The notes beneath the pieces are model-generated. The model worked only from the letters and a program-made list of their open reading frames with translations, was not told where the DNA came from and did not search any database. Both the position numbers and the translations under genes were made by a program. Source: Chlorokybus atmophyticus (Eukaryota > Plantae > Mesostigma and Chlorokybus algae). Taken from it: DNA of 64,000 nt. Positions 44,030 to 64,000 of this stretch are shown here, one piece after another (position 1 is the stretch's first letter; each line of letters starts with the position of its first letter). The DNA lies in NCBI GenBank assembly GCA_009103225.1, contig RHPI01002368.1:1-64000 (forward strand), given 5' to 3'.

Positions 44030-46621
44030 CGCCGTTCGTGCAGGTGGTATCGATTGCTGCTAACAGCGGTATATTCTCATGCCACGGTTTGATTTAAGTT
44101 TTCAGCCAACGCATTGCCATGTCGCCTAGCCAGGTGGGTGGCTCATTCTGCTGGTACTGAGGCACCCGCATTCTGTCGAGCACATACGAAATAGCAATGT
44201 CCTCAGGTGCGTGAAGGTTAAGGAGCTTGATGGTCTGCTGGATGGTCAACGGGCTGGCGGGCATCAGATGCACGTGGTGCGACAACTCGCGCCCACGGTC
44301 GATGACAGCGTGTGCCAACCTTGGCAAGGTCTTCATCTGGCAGTAACGGGTCCATTGGAATGCTATGAGTAGGTCATTTCGCACTTTGTTTGAAGCTTCC
44401 GTCGACCACCGTTTCACATTCTGTGAAGATGGCCACATGAGCAGGTACGGTGCCTCTTGCACCTGGTGATAAAAACGGCGTTGAAACTCTTGTCGCGGTT
44501 GCGTGACATTGCGTGTGGGCCTTCCAAGCAAAGCGTCATGCTAAACAATGTTAAGTGCATCATGCAAGTTCTCGTGTCCGATCACCGTAGCCCTCCAGCA
44601 TTGGTCCCACTGTACCTCCGCTGGAGTGGGTGGGAGATACTGAAGGCTAAGGGGACGAAGGGGATGAAGGAATGGAAAGTTCGCCTCTTGCTTAGCCATG
44701 AACTTGCCAGCTCCTTTCCTGCCACTGGGCAATGACACGCCACACCCAATCTGCGCCAATCCTAAACCTGCCGGCATGATATCCAGTTAAGGAAATCAAC
44801 CAGAAGGTGCTAGCCCGTGTGAAAGGGGGCAGGTGGAAGATTACCCTTTTCAAAGATCGATTGATACGTGCTTGATCCGCCAACCCTCTCATGTAAGTCG
44901 CATCGCGTCCCCTTGCGTTCCTCATGCCCTGTAGTGCGGTCGTAAGGGTATGAAAGCATTCACGCCACTGCCACTCCTTCATTACGGACGAAAACATGCT
45001 GTCTCCGACCAGTTATGCACATCCCCACCGGATACATGCAGTCTTGTCCCACCAACAAGTCGAATGATGTCGAGTTCGTCACAAGACATCTGATCCAGAA
45101 TATGCAGTCCTCCCCTTTCTCACTGCCACACAGCTTGATAGGTAGCTGCTCTTTCGTCCTCGAACGGACTTCGTTGCTCCCAACGCTATCTCTATGTTGA
45201 ATGAGCATGGCTCGAGGTCGTTGTCGCTTAGCTGCAACGCCTGCGTTGCTGTCCTCCCCAAAATGACTGGCTGCGCACCCGTGTCTAGCAACACCAAGCG
45301 TGGTACATACCCTCCGTTGCTGATGTGTCTGTCCTTGTTGTTTACCATCGCCACTCGCGGCCACACGTGCGCACGCACCGACGGTCTCGTGAGAACCAAG
45401 GTGTCGTCGCTGCGCGCAACTGTATGCACCATCTTCTCCTCTACCCCGTGCTGCTGCTCCGGTGCCGTGATGGTCCTCACATGACACACTTGCACTTTCT
45501 CCTAAACCTTCATCACCTTCGTGCTGGTCCCGACCAGCTCCGCGCGGGCGTTGCAGTCACCCCCCTTGTCGGGCACGTGCTCGCCAACCGCGTCAGCTGC
45601 GCACCGTGTTGCACGCTGCGTACTCAAATGGCATGCCTTGCATCCGCGCCTGCAGCTGCTCCAAGGCCGCCTTCAACTCCTTCACTTCGTTGCGCAACAC
45701 CGCGGCCTCCGCCAAAGCCTCATTGCTGGTCGTGACTGCCTCCGTCGTCGGTGTTGTGTCCGCGGCACTCCCTCGCGCCAGCATCACCTGCTGCGTCGGC
45801 ATCCGCCCCGCTCGTACTCTCGTCCCGCACTCGGTCTCAGCTCCGGATGCTTGCTCCAACTCTCATCCATCATGTGGCCTGTCTTCCCGCAGTGTCCACA
45901 CCGATCAGCTTGAGCCTCCCTTGAGCTGCTGCCCCTCCTCGGATAATCGCGTTGAATGTGGTCGGCTGCACCGCACGTGTAGCAGCTCCACTCCGTCGGT
46001 GGCGTCATCGCCGTTGCCACCCTCACCGTTGTCGTCGTTGGTTGCTTCACCTCCTTGCTGCTGGTCTCCCCTCTGTTCAGAACTAGGATAGTCCTCTTGT
46101 ACTCCTCCGCGTGCTGCACCGCTTCCGCCATCTCAAGTACATGCTGCAACGAGTACTTCTTCAACAATCTTTGTCCAGCCATAGCAATCGTCACCTCCTT
46201 TGATAGGTGTTGCTCAAGCTGCTCTACATAGATGATTGCGGCTGCCTTGTCCTTCAAGGTCGAGTACTCCGTGTCCTCCAACACGTTGGTACATTCTCTC
46301 GTACATCATCCTTGGTGTCTCACCCTCTCTTTTTCGGATTAGAGTCAGCTTCTTGATCTTTTCATATGTCATGGGCTTGAATGCTTCCTTCAACCTCTTG
46401 TAAAGCTCCTCCATGGCTGGTGTTGATGCCAGCGCTCCTCCCGACCTCACCGCTCGTTCCTCCACCATGCCAGCTGCTGCAAGCTCCCTCTTGGTAACGA
46501 TCGTCTCGTAGACGGTGTATGCCTCGTGCTTCAAGTATTGTGGGATCAAGCGGAATGTCTTCTCCTCCATCCACAATAAGTCTCGTGTCGCCCATTGCAA
46601 ACACTCAGCCTTGGATTTCAC
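44030..46621 (-). mobile_element. Second, more decayed Ty3/Gypsy element of the same lineage (gag-protease, then an unidentified domain)
   Basis: Peptides align with element 1: REGETPRMMYERM/NAGETARMMYTRM, WSKHPELRP, LLDTGAQPVILG, CLVTNSTSFDLLVGQD; no RT motifs seen downstream. Confidence 0.85.
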
Positions 46622-47859
46622 AATAAACTGCCTTTATGACAATGTTCCTGGCCTTCCACTGAATGACAAAAATGTGCTGGTGCTGCTAGTGTCATCCTCC
46701 ACGAGACTGAACACTCTAGCCATGCTACCACTTACTATCTTGTCAACCACACACTGGTCTTACCAACCACCGAAGTCCCTGGATCCGGTCAGCAAGTGAA
46801 CAGTCTACACGAGGGTGATGATGACGTCCGTGTCCTTCTTGTAGATGTACTTGGTAAGCAGGGCACGATGGTATGTGCCCGTATGTGTCACACACTCTCA
46901 ACAACAACAGTCTCAGCTAAGGCACCAATCGCATACAACACACGAAGATGAATTGCATTAGTGATATGGCACTTGTATGGCACTTGTAACTTAGTATGGT
47001 ATGGTAACTTGCTGACCGGATAGGTACATCTGTTTAATCACACTACTTTTACAATGAACAAGTCAATGACACATGTCTTTATCTAGCACAACCAACCAAG
47101 AATGCACTAGACCATGGTCAAAGCTACTTGGACTTGCTCTCCTCCAGCTCCAGCTCTAATCGACGCCTTCAATGATGAGTAGACCGTCTCCATGACCAGC
47201 TCTTGACTGCCACATGGATGCCCACTCCTTCCACTAGTCCTTCTCCACTGACAACTCCCAAAACAACCCCGATTACACCCATCAGATCTGGGTTACGCTG
47301 ATGTCCGATTGCACTTGTTGTAACTCACCAAAAAAAACTCCCCTCACTCAACAAGGTCCTCATCTACCTTCCCATCACAAAACCCAACAGATCTTATTGT
47401 CTGGATATGCTTCTACAAGCATATCTAACTACCTCATGCCTACAACCAGCCCACAGTCTGTTAGTGCCCTGCATGTAATCATATGCCAAGACAACCTAGC
47501 TCAACTCCTTTACTGGCATGACATGTTCGTGTGCATGCATAAGTCCGCACGTGTGTGCGTGCACACATGTGCTCCCCAAACGGTGCATGCACGCACACGC
47601 ATGACTTGCCGGTCTACCAGTAGTATAAACTATCATTTACACGTGCAGCATGCATTGCAATCATCTCGTTGATACTTACACGACTCTTCAGTTTGTCTGA
47701 TGCTGTGACTCAGAGAGCGTTCTCAGCGTCCTGCGTTTATCAGCCATCACTGTACCATAAGTCAGCAGCTGTTGTCGAGGTGAGAGAGAGACGTCGACAC
47801 GACCAACACGTGCGCACGCATGGGTGCGCACGTGCGCCCGTGTTTGCGTGTGTGCGTGT

Positions 47860-49850
<1,991 letters not shown>

Positions 49851-50048
49851 TATATCTAATCCAAGTCTATGTATACATATATATAGCCAACATATACCCA
49901 TCTTTAGGAATACATACATATAGCCATCCAGACCTTGCTGGCACTGGCATTGGCAGCTTTGTTTTCTGCTTCAGTGCTTCTCCGAGGCTCCTTTGAGTCA
50001 GCGTCTAGTCCGCAAGCAAGCCACAACCAGCCCGCACCGCACGCACGC

Positions 50049-50082
<34 letters not shown>

Positions 50083-52622
50083 CCAGCCTGTAGGCTATTG
50101 AAGCGCGTCTGTTGGCTCTCTAACCTCCTTCCCAATAAATCAACTGAGGGCTGTTGCAAGGGACTGTCAACCAAGTAGTCTTAAGGTTGTCCCAACCATC
50201 GATAGCTGTCGCCCTCAACTGTCAGGATACTTCTGCTTGCTTCTTCTGCATGCAACAATTTTCAGCTCAAGGCATAAGCACACCAGCAGCAGCAACATAT
50301 CCGTTGTTTCGTTGATTGAGAACCACAGTAACTGCCAGTTCAGTGATATGCATGCACGCGTGCACCAACCAAGAAGCCTGTATAGCTTCTGTGCGTGCAC
50401 ATGACCATGCGCGTGTGTGTACCACAAAATGCTACAGTACGCCTTTGAGCTCTAGCCTCTAGCATGCACACCGCTGAGCGTCACACACAGCCTGCGCGAC
50501 GCTTGAAGCTACTTTCAACTGGCTGTGACTGTGACAAGTTGCCCCCTACCCAACCGTACCCTACCCTACCCTACGCTACCGGGCGGCGACGCGGGGCATG
50601 AGGATGTGGGGGGGATGTCACGGGCTTGCTTGCAAATGCTTAAGCAAGTGTGAAGCAAGCTTGACGATGTGTGTGGCTGGGGTGGGGTGGGGTGGGTAAC
50701 CCGTGGGTGGGTGGTGGTGATGACAATGTGCGAGGTGGGTGGGGTGGGGGGGAGGTCACGGGCTTGCTTGCTTGCTTTACGCTTCCTCCCCATGCATGCT
50801 CGCCATCATTGGAACACGCTCACGCCAAGCAAGCTTAAGGCGTGACCTGCCTTCCTGCCTCACGCGTGCTGTCGTTGTCGCCCTACTGGAAGAAGTGCGT
50901 GTGGTGGTAAGCTTCAAGTCAAACTATTAGCGGGCATAGCGAGAGAAAGTCTGTGCGAGAGACCTTGTGCACTGCGCAGCCGTAGTTGTGGGGGTTGCAA
51001 CAACACCGTGAGCACACCCACCCACCACCCCAGCATCATCACGTCAGCACCTGTGCGGCCGTAGGTGCGTGCAATAGACACACACACACTGCGTCTGGTG
51101 GGTGGGTGCCTGCATGATGCGTGTGCGTCATGCTGCATCACATTGTGCCACTTTGTCAACGGCCGCTGTGACAGCTACAACTTCTCACCTGCGTGCCAGT
51201 TTGCCCTATGTGCTTGCCAGCTTCTGTCCCTGTGAGGGTATATGTAAATGTTGATGTGCCTCCGCGTCCACGTGTGCAGGACAGTCCACACATCACAGTC
51301 ATGGCCCGCAGCAAACAGCCATCACGGTAATGGCGTTTGGCCTGCTTGTCATCGTCGTGACGCTGGTGGGCGCCAACGCTTTCGCCAGCGACGACGTCAT
51401 CAATGTGCATTAGCAAGGCCGCAGGAGGCTGCTGCAGTCTGATCCCAACGCCAACAGAACGCTTGCGAACGGCTGCGAAGGTGTGGACGGCTTCTGTACG
51501 CTATGCTCGTCAATCTCAGACAGGTCAGTCAATCGCGGTGCAATACTATTGCCATAGAGCCATAGAGCTTGTTGGCAAAGCAACCAAACAGCAGAGTGAG
51601 ATACATATACGACAATACACATGCATGCAGCCTGATAAACTCGACATGACATGACATGACATGGTTCTTCCCCCCTGCAAAAAAAAACAGTTTGTGCGAT
51701 GCGAGTATGGCATCCCAAGCTCCTTCACGTGTGCAGCTGGAGGCGACAGCTTCGACCCTTGCTTGTAGACCTGCGCATTCAGTTTTGCAGCAAGCGTGCA
51801 GCTGTGATGACCCCACCACTTCTTGCTTCTAAGCCCTGTTGCAGGGGAAGTGGATGACAGCTGCACTTGATGAAGCGGCCTGAACTGGTGGTGGACCGCG
51901 TATGCATGTATCTATGCAGGGGTAATTAGGGCTGAACACGCTCGCGCTCTCGTCGTTGCAATGTTGCCTGAAGAAGAGTGCGCATCATTCTCGTGCTCTT
52001 GTAGTGTATGGCAGCCAGATTACAACCATTGCAAGTGTTTATGCCCGCCTGTAACTGGCTTAGCTTTCTCTTGCAGCAGTTATTGCAACAGTCATGAAGA
52101 TGTATGTAATATTGTGAACTCAAAACAACCACGCAGGCAAATGTCAAGCACATGACCGCAAGCCCAGTGGGTGTAGTTACCCTTGTGTGTGTGATAGGTG
52201 TGCCCATCTCAATTATATGTATGTGGACTGGATGCCGCGTCTGGCACAAGTTGTGCCATGCAATCAGTTTGCAAACGCGAGCATGAGAATTCAAGTTGTG
52301 ACAAGCATTGACCAGATTGCTGCTGGATAGTCACTGGCACAGTGGCTGCCAGCACTGACTGACACACATCAAGTTGCGTCCGCTCTTATGTAATCATAAG
52401 CATCTTGACCTCCATTTCCTTTTGCCCTGTAGGCAAGCTCATAATCTTGGTATACCATGTCTTGTTGCCACCAAGTTCCCGCAGAATGGCTGCAACACCG
52501 CATATCAGAACCATTGCCTTGCACTCACCTTAAAAATATAAAGTAAAGCAACGTGCCAAAACAACCCAGCGTCAGAGTGCCCGCAGTCGTGCGCGCAGTC
52601 TCCCTTACAGCAGCCACACACA

Positions 52623-52656
<34 letters not shown>

Positions 52657-54197
52657 CATGCGTGTGTGTGTGCGTGTGTAATCGTCACGTTGGTTAGCCA
52701 CATGTGGTGTGGACCAGTGTCATTTCTCACTCCGGCGAGGCGTAAGCTGTGCACAAGCAGATCCACAGCCTTGATGTTGTCAATCTGTCACACATGCCGT
52801 GCCCGTTGCTCATCACCGATGGCATGTCGTGTGTGGTTGATTGAATGGCACGTACACCTAGCTGCATGGACAGACTGCACCACACCCTTCTCAAGCAGCA
52901 CAGCTTCAGCGCTTCAGCAATTGTTAATGTGCGCTCACGCTCATGACATGTTGGTCTGTCGGTACTGTCACGCGTGCAGCATGCATTGGATGTGGATGAG
53001 TGACATGTTTGTCCATCATAACGGCAATGCAGCCATATGGTCCGTCTCCATCACTAATGCCCCTTTGGCAGAAGTGACAAGGCACCTCCTCCTCATCACA
53101 TACTATCATCCAGCCTCGCCTGGGTTGGTGGTGTTTGGTAGTTGGGTGGGTGTTCATGCGTGGACAGTCAGGGTGTCTGCATGCCCGCACGCACCAACAT
53201 AGACCCACACACCCACGCGCACACACGTGCATGTGTGTGTCCACGCACGCGCGCATACAGGCACATTTGTGCATGTGTTGCAGCATGCAACAGAGAAGTA
53301 AGCCAACCTCGTTGTTGGTCCTTACCAGACATGCGCGCAAGCGCCTTCAACTGTCAGGTCATCTTAAACACTCGCTCCTCCTCCTCCTCCACCACGCCAT
53401 CACACACAGTCCTCCCCTTCAAGTGGACCTTTGTGACCCTCTCTCGCCAACTCACTTCTGTACTACCATGATGAGGAGGAGGAGAAGACACGTCCTTCAT
53501 GTCGGTGGGCTTGTACATGTGCTTTCACAGGCATTTGTCCAGAGTCTGCGGCACACCTGTCGTGCACTCATTGTTCTGTGCTGTGTTGTCAACACTGTAC
53601 AGAGCAACAGTGACCGCTGGTGAATGATATTCGTGCATGTGTCATCCCCTCTAGTCAGATCTGCGGTGGATATGCGGTTACAAGACGTTTGTGTACTGTG
53701 TGTTTGTGACAGCTGGCACAGTTTGTGTTCTCCGCAAAGTCCGTGAGGTGTGGAGAGGCTAGCTGATTGGTAAATAACCATGGACTTGGAAGCAAACACA
53801 CTGTAATGGCAAGCCCGCACAGGACAAGTTGCGACAACAAGATCGTTTTTAATCACAACCCATGCGAGCTACGCTTGCCAATACAAATGCTACATACAGA
53901 TCGTCTTCTCCCTCTAACTCTACATGAATGTCCTTTGTAATAAATGTAAACAAATGCCTACGCCTAAGCTAATCGAATGAATGAAAATGTTCTGTCTCTC
54001 TCTCTCAGCGTTCCCACTCACGACTCTTATGTACAGCACTGCACCTAATTTCACAGAACAGAACTGCGCGAGCTTGTGTACACTACAAATTGGTATCGAG
54101 GCGGGGACGACAAATACAATAACTCAACAAGAAATGAATGACTCTCCACATAAATGATCTCTCTCTACAAAATGGCACAGATACAAATTGATTGACA

Positions 54198-62525
<8,328 letters not shown>

Positions 62526-63320
62526 GACTGGAAAAAGAGAGCGCATTGAGGGGGAGGCCAGTCTTCAAGGTTGGAGCATGTTTGGTGGTGTTGATTGTAC
62601 ACCACCAACAACACCCTGTCCTCCGCCGCCGCCGCCGCCACAGCGCTGGTGGTAGTGCTGCACACAGGCCGGTTGTTTAAGGAACAACTTGCTGCTGCTG
62701 TTATATGAGGGGTCACGTGAGCTGATATCCTCATCAGTTTAAGCAGAGTCTTTGCTATCCACCGCAAGTTGATATCGGTATTGTCGGTTATTCCGCTTTT
62801 GTGCGTAACCGTCCTGGTGAGTACTTTACTGGACCCCGGGTAACGACGTCTTCGATCAGTTACGAGGGTTTCAACCGGGGTTCGTACCTGGGAACGCACT
62901 CATCCCTGCTTGTGGGTGAGACTTCAACCATGGTCAACTTGATTGTGGTCATGTCGACAGCTAGTTGTGGGTCGTTGTGATGATGGCTTTGTGCCTACCA
63001 TCATCTACGCGCTTGTCATTATGGCTAAAGCCGACAGTGCTACGTGGCAGGCTGTTTACCGAGCCGGTCTCAACTACTTGACGAAGCCTTATCCCCAACT
63101 GCTCCGTACGGTTGTCGGTAGCGCTCTCTGCGAAGGTGCAATTGAATTGTACTTTGGTAAAGTGTTTTATGCTTTTAGTATTGCAAGGCAGTGGTTTAGG
63201 TTGCCGAGCGGCTGTTTGTTGCGGAAGAGTTCACTCTGGAGTTGATCGGCTGGTCGCATGCTGACAGATTTGACGGTTGAATGGAACAAGTCTTATGAAC
63301 CGGGTACCGGCCCAAAGTTA

Positions 63321-64000
63321 CCGTATTTGCCCGGATAGAAGCCCCCCCTTTTTACAGAAGCCCCCCACCCCTTTTTATGAAGGGGGCTTGTATTGGGCGG
63401 GGGCTTGTATCAAACGGGGGGGGCTTGTACTTGGCCCTAGCAAGTTACGAGATCACGCCTGCGTAACTTGATTACGATTTCCAGCGGCGCCTGGGCGGCG
63501 GCGTAGCTTGGACGGCGGCGGCGGTGTCATGGCCGGGTTAAGGCAGGAGGCGAGGAGGGCGGCGGCTAGGTTAGCTGAGGAGGCGCAGGCAGCTGCAGCC
63601 GCAGCTACTGAGGCGGCGGCGGCGGCGGCGGCGGCACTCAGTCATTGCACAGTTATTGCATATAACCACTGCTCTCCTGCCATGCTACATGATGCGCATT
63701 GTCTCTGTCACATGCATGTACTCGATGGACATGCATGCACTCAGTCACATACATGCACGCAGTCACATGCATGTACTCGAGTCACATGCATGCACTCAGT
63801 CACATGCATGCACTCAGTCACATAATTGCACTCAGTGCACGTGAATGCACTCGGTCACATGGATGCACGCAGTGCACATGCATGCACTCGGTCACATGGA
63901 TGCACTCGGTGCACATGCATGCACTCAGTCACATGTGTCAGTCACATCCGCACTTGCTGCTCTCTTCTCACTCCCCAACTATTTGCAGCAAAAGGTTTTA
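63321..64000 (+). mobile_element. Probable left end of a Tc2/pogo-type TIR element
   Basis: TA followed by CCGTATTTGCCCGGATAGAAGCCCCC, with GGGGCTTGTA subterminal repeats; partner end not in window. Confidence 0.4.
63731..63947 (+). repeat. Minisatellite, about 18-bp unit (GCATGCACTCAGTCACAT), roughly 11 copies
   Basis: Contiguous degenerate units without spacers. Confidence 0.85.

Noticed and set aside
44300-44460. Dam-like adenine methylase or LINE zinc-finger identity for the second Gypsy cargo
   Set aside because: YLLMWPSSQ is only loosely similar; no NPPF/DPPY motif or CCHC pattern is present.

Overview
Intron-rich, transposon-dense eukaryotic DNA, most consistent with a green alga (inferred from GT-AG introns full of CA/GT repeats and Pro-rich wall-type proteins; no taxon can be assigned from sequence alone). 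One apparently intact host gene: a secreted G8/beta-helix (CEMIP/TMEM2/fibrocystin-like) protein with three malectin domains (62525->54198, about 22 exons, crossing an N gap). Also present are an intronless armadillo-repeat ORF with recently duplicated repeats, and a decayed papain-extensin gene. The rest is nested mobile DNA: two related Ty3/Gypsy elements, two Academ-type (DDE + XPG/PIN + Cys-rich) transposase halves, two pogo-family elements and several non-autonomous elements. The most notable signal is two unrelated cytosine-5 methyltransferases, each linked to a chromatin-reader domain, in or beside mobile elements. One is a DNMT in the Gypsy polyprotein, whose integrase ends in a PHD finger. 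The other is a compact phage/actinobacterial-type C5 methyltransferase immediately downstream of a Tudor domain, directly behind an Academ transposase. A sister Gypsy element carries an unidentified domain in the slot where the first carries its DNMT. All domain calls are by-eye motif recognition; no searches were run.
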